Part shown: positions 1 through 10,028 of the stretch, one piece after another | How positions within the stretch are numbered: the stretch's first letter is position 1 | Layout of the letters: every line of letters begins with the position of its first letter | Source of the DNA: Bdellovibrionales bacterium | GTDB lineage: Bacteria; Bdellovibrionota; Bdellovibrionia; Bdellovibrionales; JAMPXM01 | Direction of reading: 5' to 3' | NCBI GenBank assembly: GCA_043732445.1 | Contig: JAYTHQ010000190.1 | Location: 1 to 34,389 of the forward strand | DNA length: 34,389 bases | The notes under the pieces: generated by a model | Databases searched by the model: none | What the model was told of the DNA's origin: nothing | What the model saw: the letters and a program-made list of their open reading frames with translations, nothing else | Translations under genes and position numbers: made by a program

Positions 1-612
1 GTTGGTTCAGCGGTCACGATTGCGATGTGGTCGGTTCCGAAATTCATTATCAGTTTTTTTTGGGATAAGCGTTGCACCGCTTTCGTCACGCAAATGGTCG
101 ACGGCATGACTTTGATGGCGAACGGCGTGAAGGCCGGACTCTCCGTTCAGCAGTGCATGGAGCGGATCCAGGAAAATATGCCAAACCCGATCAGCCAAGA
201 GTTTGGTCTAGTTCTTTCACAAATGCGACTCGGCCGCGGCATGTCCGAGGCTCTCAACGATCTTGGTACGCGCCTTCCTCGACCCGACGTTCAGATGTTC
301 GTCACGAGCGTAAATATTTTGAGCGAGACCGGCGGTAACATGGCAGAAACATTCCAGACCATCACGTATACGATTCGTGAACGGCAAAAAATCGAAAAGA
401 AAATTGAAGCGATGACCGCACAAGGCGTCGCGCAAGGCGTGATCATCACACTCATTCCTTTTGCCCTTTTGGTCGTCTTCTTCATCGTGGACCCTACTTA
501 TGTCCAGCCGCTCTTCACCACGACCCTCGGACTCATTGCCCTCTTCGTCATGCTAGCCCTGCAAACTATCGGTGGCTTGATGATCAGGAAAGTTGTTAAA
601 ATCAACGTGTAA
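1..612 (+). CDS. Tad/Flp pilus assembly platform protein (TadB/TadC, T2SS-F family), 5'-truncated by the window edge
   Basis: The frame is open from base 1, with no stop before the first ATG at 25. The translation has T2SS-F-like segments (GGNMAETFQTITYTIRERQKIEKKIEAMTAQG) followed by C-terminal TM helices. Stop TAA at 610-612. Confidence 0.8.
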   Translation, partial: VGSAVTIAMWSVPKFIISFFWDKRCTAFVTQMVDGMTLMANGVKAGLSVQQCMERIQENMPNPISQEFGLVLSQMRLGRGMSEALNDLGTRLPRPDVQMFVTSVNILSETGGNMAETFQTITYTIRERQKIEKKIEAMTAQGVAQGVIITLIPFALLVVFFIVDPTYVQPLFTTTLGLIALFVMLALQTIGGLMIRKVVKINV

Positions 613-637
613 GGCAAAGAAGAGAAGGAGTTTTTCG

Positions 638-2311
638 ATGCAGCGTTTATTGCTGATCTCGCTTTTATTTTTGGCAACGTTGATCCCGCAAAAGGGACAG
701 GCGGTTGTCGACATGAAGAACGCAAACTACAGCGACTCATGGTTAGATCTTTCGTTCAACGGCAGCGGTTACGCACTTCGCGTGCAACGCTTCTACAACA
801 GCCGTTCGATTTTCTCAGGCATCTTTGGCTTCGGCTGGTGCTCAGAATTCGAAACGAATATCGAGAAAACTCCCGAAGGCCGCTTGAAACTCGTTGAGTG
901 CGGAGCCGGTCAGGAGACCATCTACTCGCCGGCAAAGTTCGATGCGAAAAGCATGGATCGGTTAATCGATCAGCTGATTGCGCACTACAAAAAATCAACT
1001 CCCGGCGCGACTGAAACGGGCGCAACGACTTTGCGCGAGCAGCTTCACAACTCCGCGGATCTTCGCAGCGAGTGGGCGAAGCACGCTGGCATCGCGATTC
1101 CCGACGTAAAGAAGAACGTCGTCTACTCTGCCGACAATCTTGAAGTCGAAAAGATCGTTTTCGATGGCACGAATTACGTTCGGTCCCTCGCTGATGGAAC
1201 CGCTCAACGCTTCGATGCGAGTGGCCACCTAGTGCTGATGAACGACAAAAACGGCAATAACTTGAAGCTGTCTTATGCCAACGACACGCTCCACGAGATC
1301 GTCGACAACACCGGCAAAAAGCTCACGTTTACGTTTAATCAAAACAAACGCGTGAAAGACATTACCGGCCCAGGCGGCGCGAAGGCTGAATATAAATATA
1401 AGGGCGAGGATCTCGTCGACGTTCGCAATATGTGGAAAAACAAGTACACGTACGATTACGACGAAACGCACAACCTCACGAAAATTAATTTTCCCGATGG
1501 AACATTCAAGGCACTCACCTACAATCAGAAACAAGATTGGGTGACGTCGTTCACGGATCGCGCTGTGGGCGGACCGGCTTGCGTGGAGACTTACAAGTAC
1601 GAAGTAAACAAGAACGATCCGAAGAATAACTTCTGGTCGACGGCTCTCAAAAAGTGCGGCGGCGAAGTGAAAAATGACGCTCGCTTTGAGTTCTGGCACA
1701 AAACCCGCGCCGACGGAAAAAAGTATCTCGCGCGTGTTTTAACAAAAACTCTTTCGAATACTCTGGACGTGACTTACCACCCTGACCTCGGTCGTCCAAC
1801 GTCGGTGAAAAAAGACGGCGTCGTTACGACGTTTGATTATTATCCAAACGGCCTTGTTCGCGAGAAGACGACTCCGAACATGCGTCTCGCGTTTGAGTAC
1901 AAAAACGATTTCAACAAAGTTTCGAAGGTAGCGACAGACTTCCTCGATGCGAAAGGAAAAGTCGTTCGTAAACGCCAAACAGATTTCACTTACGATCCGA
2001 AAGCGAATTTGGTCGCAGCCCAGAACTCCGACGGACAATCAGTGAAGCTGACGTACGACGGCCGCGGTCGCATCGCGACTATTTTAGATCAGGCGAAAAA
2101 AGAAGTCCTCGTGAAGTGGGATGAAAAAACCGGCAAGCCTGCGCAGATCACCCGCCCCGGCGTCGGAACAATTAAACTCACGTACAAAGCGAGCGGCGAC
2201 ATCAATAAAGTCGATAGCCCAGACGGCCCGACAGTTGCGAGCCAGATCGCAGTTAGCTTCAATAATCTTTTAGACATCATCGCCCCGGCGACGTCTGAAT
2301 TGAACATGTAA
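638..2311 (+). CDS. exported YD/RHS-repeat protein (557 aa) with no recognisable C-terminal toxin
   Basis: ORF 593..2311. Preferred start is ATG 638, preceded by GGAG at 627-630. Sec signal MQRLLLISLLFLATLIPQKGQA. YD repeats present (YTYDYDETHNLTKINFPDG, FTYDPKANLVAAQNSDG, LTYDGRGRIATILD). Confidence 0.85.
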   Translation: MQRLLLISLLFLATLIPQKGQAVVDMKNANYSDSWLDLSFNGSGYALRVQRFYNSRSIFSGIFGFGWCSEFETNIEKTPEGRLKLVECGAGQETIYSPAKFDAKSMDRLIDQLIAHYKKSTPGATETGATTLREQLHNSADLRSEWAKHAGIAIPDVKKNVVYSADNLEVEKIVFDGTNYVRSLADGTAQRFDASGHLVLMNDKNGNNLKLSYANDTLHEIVDNTGKKLTFTFNQNKRVKDITGPGGAKAEYKYKGEDLVDVRNMWKNKYTYDYDETHNLTKINFPDGTFKALTYNQKQDWVTSFTDRAVGGPACVETYKYEVNKNDPKNNFWSTALKKCGGEVKNDARFEFWHKTRADGKKYLARVLTKTLSNTLDVTYHPDLGRPTSVKKDGVVTTFDYYPNGLVREKTTPNMRLAFEYKNDFNKVSKVATDFLDAKGKVVRKRQTDFTYDPKANLVAAQNSDGQSVKLTYDGRGRIATILDQAKKEVLVKWDEKTGKPAQITRPGVGTIKLTYKASGDINKVDSPDGPTVASQIAVSFNNLLDIIAPATSELNM

Positions 2312-2322
2312 GGATCGATAAG

Positions 2323-2598
2323 ATGAAAATGATTTATACCCTCACTTTTCTCGTCCTTCTTGTCGTCGCGGCCCCTAGATTTGCCAAAGCCGTTTCAGGA
2401 GACACGAATCATATCGCAAGTGAAAATCTCGAAACGGTCGCCGAACACTCGTCGGATGGCGCACGCGTCGGAACCTATTGTGCCCCGTGTGGAAAATATG
2501 TCATGGGCGGCGCGATTACCGACGGCGGAGCTATCCATCCGGTCGGCGAGCCAGTGAAAACCACCAAGGGCACCGGCAAAGCCAACAGCTCGAAGTAG
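2323..2598 (+). CDS. small exported protein (91 aa), Gly/Thr/Ser-rich with a CxxC; candidate hit-locus (Bd0108-like) protein
   Basis: AGGA lies upstream of ATG 2323. Signal peptide MKMIYTLTFLVLLVVAAPRFAKA. The mature part is low in hydrophobic residues and contains CAPCG. It starts 11 nt after the YD-repeat gene. Confidence 0.6.
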   Translation: MKMIYTLTFLVLLVVAAPRFAKAVSGDTNHIASENLETVAEHSSDGARVGTYCAPCGKYVMGGAITDGGAIHPVGEPVKTTKGTGKANSSK

Positions 2599-2620
2599 CT
2601 TCTCGGATATGTTCGGCTCA

Positions 2621-2673
2621 GGTGCCACCTTCCTTTACGAAACGCAGCGCGTTTCGTAAAGGAAGGTGGCACC
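2621..2673 (+). terminator. 25-bp perfect inverted repeat with a 3-nt loop; probable transcript-end hairpin
   Basis: ggtgccaccttcctttacgaaacgc (2621-2645), agc, gcgtttcgtaaaggaaggtggcacc (2649-2673). It begins 22 nt after the stop at 2598. No immediate T-tract; a second short GC hairpin plus TTTT follows at about 2680-2697. Confidence 0.45.
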
Positions 2674-2867
2674 TCCGGACCGGCGGGCCGGCGAAGTTTT
2701 CGACAGCTGGTGAAACGCTTGGTCACTCTGACCGACACACCCGCGAAATCTCAAATTGAGACACACCATTTCTAATAGCTTCGAGGTCACGGGATTCGGC
2801 GGGCACATGTTTCGTATTACTGATTAGTACGAAGTTAAAAGCGCCGTCACCGTCTCAGGAGCCACCG

Positions 2868-3149
2868 ATGAAACAAGCCCTCCTCGCCCTCAGCCTGCTT
2901 CTCTCGTTCAATGGCTTCGCGGTAGCAGCGAACCAGCCGCCTGCGGCCTCTAGCTTTGAGGACCCAAACAACGTTTATTCTGAAGTTGGCACCACGTACC
3001 AAGCCTCAAAAAAGAAATTGGGCGGGTGCGCTGCCACAGCCCCTGGCGATACCGCTAACGCGCGCTTCATTCGAGCCAACGGTTTTGCCGTCGACACGCC
3101 TGAGAACAACTCATTCACGCGCGCCGCTAGCTCACGTTCTTCTATTTAA
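2868..3149 (+). CDS. small exported hypothetical protein (93 aa)
   Basis: GGAG lies upstream of ATG 2868. Signal peptide MKQALLALSLLLSFNGFAVA. No recognisable domain. Confidence 0.55.
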   Translation: MKQALLALSLLLSFNGFAVAANQPPAASSFEDPNNVYSEVGTTYQASKKKLGGCAATAPGDTANARFIRANGFAVDTPENNSFTRAASSRSSI

Positions 3150-3158
3150 ATTGATAGT

Positions 3159-3566
3159 TTAGTTGGTTGAATCGTCTTCGTTAGAATCGGCAGGTACCGA
3201 CTCAGCGTTTGGCGTTGAGCGCTCATTTCGCTCACGCTCGCGGGCCTGCTTTGACTCGCGCTCTTTTTGCCGATGATACGCGGCACTTCTCTTAATCTTA
3301 AACCACTCACGCGACGCCTGCGCCGAAGCCGCATCTGGCTCTGGCGGCTGATCGCTGCCGATGAGGCTTGCTACTCCCCGCTTAGCTTCAGTGCCAACCT
3401 TCACCGCGCCCTCGGCAACATCTTGCAGATGGTGAGAGATCGGCGAATGGTGGATCCAAGTCATCGCGTGACCTTCCACCGTGCGCTGGCCGATTCTTAT
3501 TTGCAAAAGCACGACGATCGCGACCGTCACGATCAAACACTTTAAAACGAAAATTAAATCACCCAT
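3159..3566 (-). CDS. membrane-anchored hypothetical protein with a highly charged C-terminal tail
   Basis: ORF 3159..3590. Preferred ATG at 3566 overlaps the upstream response-regulator stop by 8 nt (ATGGGTGA). N-terminal TM segment LIFVLKCLIVTVAIVVLLQI, and an Arg/Glu/Lys-rich tail. Confidence 0.55.
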   Translation of the reverse strand: MGDLIFVLKCLIVTVAIVVLLQIRIGQRTVEGHAMTWIHHSPISHHLQDVAEGAVKVGTEAKRGVASLIGSDQPPEPDAASAQASREWFKIKRSAAYHRQKERESKQARERERNERSTPNAESVPADSNEDDSTN

Positions 3567-3933
3567 GAGTTCCTCCGCTGACGCTTTCACGAATCACTTT
3601 AACAAGTTCCTCTGCCTTAAAGGGCTTCACTAAATAACTGCAACATCCAGCTTCGAGTGCGCGCATGACGAGCGTGTCTTGGTCAGCGGTCGAAAATGCG
3701 ATGAGTTTTATTTTTGGATGAAGCGCCGTGATTTCCTTTGCCGCCTCAATCCCACTTTTATTCGGCATAATAATATCAAGCAGCATCACATCCGGTGAGA
3801 GCTTCGTCGCGAGCGCAACGGCCTCGTTGCCGTCGGTCGCCTCGCCAACTAACTCGATTTGATTCGAGTCAGCCACGTGTCTTACGATTTCGCGAATGAA
3901 GGGGGCGTCGTCAGCGACGATCAAACGAATCAT
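3559..3933 (-). CDS. single-domain CheY-like response regulator
   Basis: All canonical receiver residues are present: DD (ADDAPF), phospho-acceptor Asp in MLLDIIMP, Thr/Ser in AFSTAD, Lys in LVKPF. No output domain. Confidence 0.9.
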   Translation of the reverse strand: MIRLIVADDAPFIREIVRHVADSNQIELVGEATDGNEAVALATKLSPDVMLLDIIMPNKSGIEAAKEITALHPKIKLIAFSTADQDTLVMRALEAGCCSYLVKPFKAEELVKVIRESVSGGTHG

Positions 3934-4018
3934 GTGATAAGTTTACGATGAGTCAGGAGGCTTTGGCTCTCGAGCTTCAGGCGATCTAGATCTTCGTCGG
4001 ACTTAAAACCAGCAAACA

Positions 4019-5083
4019 CTAATCAGCCCAGGTGTAGCCGAGCTGAAAGAGCGTAAATGTGCTGGTCACCGACACGTTCGTTTGACGGGCTCCGGCGATT
4101 GGATCGGGTATGCTGGTTGAGCCCGAGAAAAGGTTCTTCTCGACTCCATAAGAAACTTTCCAAAAAACCGATTGCGTACTGTCAAAGCGGTACCTAGCTC
4201 CAACATGAACGCCAACCGATGTTGTTTGCGCTTCGTCACCCGTTCGAAATTCAGTCGCGGCACTGGTCTCACTGTGTCGAAGCTTGGGACCAAATTCGCC
4301 CCCAAAAGCCCACGATCCAAAACCCGATGTCGGAACCTCAGCGTCGAGCAAAAGAAATAGACCCGACGTCGCTAACTTATTTCGGAAAATAGAATCGCTC
4401 GGAACTCGAAACTGAAACTCGCGGTAATCGAGTCCCAGCCGCAACATCGGCGCGAGGGATCCCACACCGAAGAAGTGACGGCTTTGCGCACCGACTGAAA
4501 ACCATTGGTCAGAGGCGCTGGCATTTTTTGTATTGTCGAGCGAATCCGAAATGCTTCCATTTAAGCTTCCGAGAAAACTCGTATGTAATCCAAAGCCTGA
4601 TGAAACCCAGACTCGTGCGTCGATATTCATGACCGGCGCATTCAAAAAGTAATTTCTCGGTGCAAACGTCGACTTGGATTCGCTGTACAGATAGCCCGGC
4701 GCAATTGAAATCTCGAGCATCGTGCGACGCCGATCATCAATCGAAACTTTTGCGGCCGCGGGCTCATCGGCTTGATCGTCGGTCACGTCGTCGGTGCCGG
4801 CTTCGCCGTTTTGGCTTTCTGTCACCGCGACCGGAGCGGGGGCCGGAGTCGCGGCCGTTGGCGGAGCTGGTTTGACGTCTTTGTGTGGCGTAGCTATTCT
4901 CTCATCATGGTGAACAACCTCCGAGCGAGGACGAACCGTGTAGCGGCCAGAATCAAGTCCGTTATCGCGAACGTTTGCGCGAGGGCCACTGTTCAATAGC
5001 ATCGCTGACGACGGGTCGATTTGTGCTTCAACCCTCGCAGATAAAATGACGATAAAACTGGCCAGGAACAGAAAGAAACGCAT
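4019..5083 (-). CDS. exported protein with a Pro/Ala-rich linker and a C-terminal beta-barrel-like domain (putative outer-membrane protein)
   Basis: ORF 4019..5134 (TTG). The first ATG at 5083 gives signal MRFFLFLASFIVILSARVEA. PAPPTAATPAPAPV linker. The C-terminal half has an alternating amphipathic strand pattern. Confidence 0.65.
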   Translation of the reverse strand: MRFFLFLASFIVILSARVEAQIDPSSAMLLNSGPRANVRDNGLDSGRYTVRPRSEVVHHDERIATPHKDVKPAPPTAATPAPAPVAVTESQNGEAGTDDVTDDQADEPAAAKVSIDDRRRTMLEISIAPGYLYSESKSTFAPRNYFLNAPVMNIDARVWVSSGFGLHTSFLGSLNGSISDSLDNTKNASASDQWFSVGAQSRHFFGVGSLAPMLRLGLDYREFQFRVPSDSIFRNKLATSGLFLLLDAEVPTSGFGSWAFGGEFGPKLRHSETSAATEFRTGDEAQTTSVGVHVGARYRFDSTQSVFWKVSYGVEKNLFSGSTSIPDPIAGARQTNVSVTSTFTLFQLGYTWAD

Positions 5084-5154
5084 CAGTTTCTTTTCGGATT
5101 TTGAACTCGCCGTCTTGATTGCTTTCAGTACCAAGCTTAGGCAAACTAGACTCT

Positions 5155-6798
5155 ATGTTGTCGCTAAAAAACAAGCTGGCGTCTTTGATCATGGTCGCTC
5201 TCGCGACCCTCACTTTCACGACGAAGGTCGAGGCTCAAAGCTCTAATCCCTTGATCGAGCAAAGCGCGACTTACGTTAGCGCGGTCGACGAAAGCCTGAC
5301 GCTCCGTCGCGTTGCGGTCTTACCGGTTGTCGACAACGTCGGTGGAATCTACGCGCGCCCGATTGAAGCGCAGTTGATTTCTTTGGTTCGCGACTCGCAC
5401 CGCTGGGACCAAGCTGACGTCGCCATTTCTAGTGCGATGCCAAGCGTTTCAGAACTCGAAGAAAAGACAGCGTCTTTTCAAAAACTCATCAAAAATCTCG
5501 ATGCCGACGCGTTTTTCGTTGCGGCGGCCAGCCGCGGACCGAACGGGCTTTCGCTTCGGCTCGATTTATTTCTGAAAAAAGACGGAAAACTTCTCGCGCA
5601 AGAATTATTAAAAGAGCACCCGCGCACCGAAATTCCGCAACTCAAAGAGCAAGTTAAAATTCTCTACGACCGCTTGGTCGCCAAATTGCCGTATCAAGGC
5701 CTAATTCTTAGCCGACAAAATAATCGAGTGACGATCAACTTAGGAAAGTCCGACGGACTTAAAAAAGATCAAATCGTTTCCGCTGTTCAGATTATCACCG
5801 TTACTCGCCATCCAAAATTCGGTTTTTTGCTTAGTACCGATAAAGAAATTCTCGGACGAATTAAAATACTGAAGGTCGACGACACACTCAGTTTTGGCGC
5901 CATCATCAGCGAAAGAGAACGTGGCGCGATTCGGCGCTTTGCCAAAATCACAAGCCTTGAAGTCGTCAATTACGGCGATCCCAATTCTTTGAGCCCTGAC
6001 GCAGACAAGGATTTAAGCAAAAGGCCCGACGCCGGCGTCGCGTTCGGCCAAGATGCGAAGGAATGGGTTCCGGCAAAACCGCCTGCGTTTGGCGAAGTCG
6101 GTGGCCGCCTCGGACTTGGCATTTACAACACGAGCTTAAATATAAATTCAGGTTGTTGCGAGGCGAAGAGTGCCTTCTACCCGAGCCTCGCTCTTCATGG
6201 TGAACTTTGGCTGACTCCGCAATGGATCGCGCGCGCCGAAATTATACAGGGCGTACTTTCAACACCTAATCCACGTGCCGGATCGACCCCTGGTGACTTG
6301 AATCATTCTTACTCTCGCTATTCGCTCGTATTTGGTTACAACTTTCTTTTGCACGATGATTTTTTTGGACCGAAATTGCAGCTCAGTGCAGGCCTTGCAA
6401 AAGCGAACATGTTTGTCGACGACAGCTCACCGCGCTCACTGACCTCCACATCTTTTAGCGGCCTTGAAGTCGGCCTGCTGGGCCTTTTCCCCGTCACCGA
6501 CGAGAAAATTTGGTACTTGGGCGGTAAATTTAATCTCTTCCTCTTCCCGAAAATGTCCGAATCACCGATCACGTCGGGCGGCGACCCAAAAGCAAGCATT
6601 GCCGACTTCTCGATTTTTGTTCAGAAAAAACTCGGGCAAAATTTAAGGGCCGAGGGTTCTCTTGATTTCTCTCTTTACTCGGCAAACTACAGCGGCGACG
6701 GGAATCGGCTCGATCCCACGGGCACAACGCCAGAAACCGCCGGCAGTTTAAGCCAGCGCCACACCATCTTGAGCGGCGGCATCGTCTACATGTTCTGA
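5155..6798 (+). CDS. outer-membrane beta-barrel protein with an N-terminal periplasmic domain
   Basis: The first ATG at 5155 gives signal MLSLKNKLASLIMVALATLTFTTKVEA. An RVAVLPVVDN-type N-domain is present. The C-terminus ends in GGIVYMF, a typical OMP terminal Phe. Confidence 0.7.
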   Translation: MLSLKNKLASLIMVALATLTFTTKVEAQSSNPLIEQSATYVSAVDESLTLRRVAVLPVVDNVGGIYARPIEAQLISLVRDSHRWDQADVAISSAMPSVSELEEKTASFQKLIKNLDADAFFVAAASRGPNGLSLRLDLFLKKDGKLLAQELLKEHPRTEIPQLKEQVKILYDRLVAKLPYQGLILSRQNNRVTINLGKSDGLKKDQIVSAVQIITVTRHPKFGFLLSTDKEILGRIKILKVDDTLSFGAIISERERGAIRRFAKITSLEVVNYGDPNSLSPDADKDLSKRPDAGVAFGQDAKEWVPAKPPAFGEVGGRLGLGIYNTSLNINSGCCEAKSAFYPSLALHGELWLTPQWIARAEIIQGVLSTPNPRAGSTPGDLNHSYSRYSLVFGYNFLLHDDFFGPKLQLSAGLAKANMFVDDSSPRSLTSTSFSGLEVGLLGLFPVTDEKIWYLGGKFNLFLFPKMSESPITSGGDPKASIADFSIFVQKKLGQNLRAEGSLDFSLYSANYSGDGNRLDPTGTTPETAGSLSQRHTILSGGIVYMF

Positions 6799-6805
6799 GG
6801 GTTAT

Positions 6806-7393
6806 ATGGCCACAAAACGTAAAACAAAAACCTACCGGACTCAGCGTCTTGAGCTCCGTGAACTTCGCCTCAGCGATTGGAAAGCCTGGAACGACACGCA
6901 AATCAAACGTCTTCCAAAGCAAGATGAGTGGGATCAGGGATTGCTGCCGGCAAGAAAGCTAGCGCGTGAGTCTTATCGAAAAAATTTGCTAGCGCAAAGA
7001 AAGCGTTTTAAAAAATCAGAGATTTATCTCTGGTCGATTTTTATAAAAAAAACGGGTGAGTTCGTTGGGTGGATCGATATTAGCGCGATAAACCGCGAAC
7101 CCTACTCGGTCGCAAATCTGGGTTGGTACGTGATCAATATCTACCGAGGGAATGGCTATGCCAAGGAGGCGACGTTGAAACTTATCAGTTTCGCTTTTGT
7201 CGATTTGGGATTTCATCGCCTTGAGGCCTCGATCGATCCGCGAAACACGGCCTCTATCAAAACCGCAAAGTCATGCGGACTTCATTACGAAGGTCTCAAG
7301 AAGTTTTACCTGAACAACGGCGACGGCTGGAAAGACCACGTCGCCTACATCACTACGCCCGAATTATTTTACGAAAGCGCTGCGGGCCGCTAA
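6806..7393 (+). CDS. GNAT family N-acetyltransferase (RimJ/RimL-like)
   Basis: LELRELRLSDW N-terminus, and the acetyl-CoA motif region YRGNGYAKEATLKLISFAFVDLGFHRLEASIDPRNTASIKTAKSCG. Confidence 0.85.
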   Translation: MATKRKTKTYRTQRLELRELRLSDWKAWNDTQIKRLPKQDEWDQGLLPARKLARESYRKNLLAQRKRFKKSEIYLWSIFIKKTGEFVGWIDISAINREPYSVANLGWYVINIYRGNGYAKEATLKLISFAFVDLGFHRLEASIDPRNTASIKTAKSCGLHYEGLKKFYLNNGDGWKDHVAYITTPELFYESAAGR

Positions 7394-7598
7394 AGCCCGC
7401 AACCGAAAATGAGGCCTCATCAGTCTCTTTGATATTCCCTAGCGCGTTGCGAGTGAGTGTTGGGAATTCGAAAAGCCAAGACCCGAACGGATCGCTCAAA
7501 AACTTCTGAATAGTCTGATCCAGATTTTTGTTTGCGACACCCTCGGTGTTTAAGCCTGTGCGACGGTCTGGTCGGATCTCTATATCTTTGTTTGCCAC
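7353..7598 (-). CDS. small hypothetical protein (81 aa)
   Basis: GTG at 7598 is preceded by a strong SD, GGGAGG (7604-7609), with 5-nt spacing. The 3' end overlaps the convergent GNAT gene by 41 nt. No recognisable domain. Confidence 0.35.
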   Translation of the reverse strand: MANKDIEIRPDRRTGLNTEGVANKNLDQTIQKFLSDPFGSWLFEFPTLTRNALGNIKETDEASFSVAGFSGPQRFRKIIRA

Positions 7599-7721
7599 AA
7601 TGGCCTCCCTTTTAGGTTTATAAATCAAATAGTATTATAAACCCGAGGTGCCTAAAAAGTTCGCGTAGTGTTCGTGCTGTTTTCGACAATAAACAACGCA
7701 GAAATGTCTCGGCGAGAGGAA

Positions 7722-8177
7722 TCAGAGGCGCTTTTCCATTTCAATATTGCCGCGCTCGTATTCGGGATGCTGACCAACGCTGATGACGGTATACCCATGC
7801 TTCAAGTAAAGCGCGATCGCAGCTTCAAGTTCTGTATTGGAAACGAGGTAGATTCGCGTCGCACTTTTCTCGCGCGCCCACGCTTCGGTGAGTTTCATAA
7901 TGAGATCACCTAATTTTTTACCGCGATGATCAGGCTGTACAGCCATCTTGGCTATCTCGTAACCACCGTCACTCATCTTGATCATCGCAGCAGTTGCGAT
8001 CGCTTCACCTTTATCAGAAACGATAAAGAAAACTTCACCGCCGCTTGCGACAATAGCTTCAGGATTCGAAAGCTGCTCGCGATCTTTCTTCTCAACTTTG
8101 AAATAGTGCTCGATCCACTCAAGATTCAGATCGCGAAACGCATTTTTATATTCAGGTAGGTACGTCGTGACTTTCAT
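7722..8177 (-). CDS. GNAT family N-acetyltransferase
   Basis: 151 aa. Motif A region VQPDHRGKKLGDLIMKLTEAWAREKSATRIYLVSN, followed by AIALYLKHGY. Confidence 0.85.
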   Translation of the reverse strand: MKVTTYLPEYKNAFRDLNLEWIEHYFKVEKKDREQLSNPEAIVASGGEVFFIVSDKGEAIATAAMIKMSDGGYEIAKMAVQPDHRGKKLGDLIMKLTEAWAREKSATRIYLVSNTELEAAIALYLKHGYTVISVGQHPEYERGNIEMEKRL

Positions 8178-8202
8178 GCGCCGTCATCTCACTCCGCGAG
8201 CA

Positions 8203-8243
8203 CCAAAAATGCAAACGGCTAGAACGGTTTCCCGATCTAGCCG
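8203..8243 (-). terminator. rho-independent terminator of groEL
   Basis: 8-bp stem cggctaga (8216-8223) / tctagccg (8236-8243) with a 12-nt loop. On the minus strand it is followed by UUUGCAUUUUU. It lies 66 nt downstream of the groEL stop. Confidence 0.6.
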
Positions 8244-8309
8244 CTGAAAGAATCCAAGCTTCTTCGTTAACGGAGGGAGCTGGCGCCTAAAGGCCGCACC
8301 CCACCTAAA

Positions 8310-9980
<1,671 letters not shown>

Positions 9981-10028
9981 TTAGTAAATATTTTTATTTT
10001 AAATACAAAAAAAAGATTTCAGATCAGT

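Noticed and set aside
2475-2759. Mirror-image ORFs (87 and 93 aa) spanning the 25-bp palindrome
   Set aside because: Both strands encode the same PPSFTKR.AFRKGRWH peptide only because of the palindrome. There is no SD, and they overlap the better-supported 2323-2598 gene.
638-3149. RHS polymorphic-toxin / immunity pair
   Set aside because: The YD-repeat protein lacks an RHS core-end motif and a toxin domain. The two downstream small proteins have signal peptides, which does not fit cytoplasmic immunity proteins.
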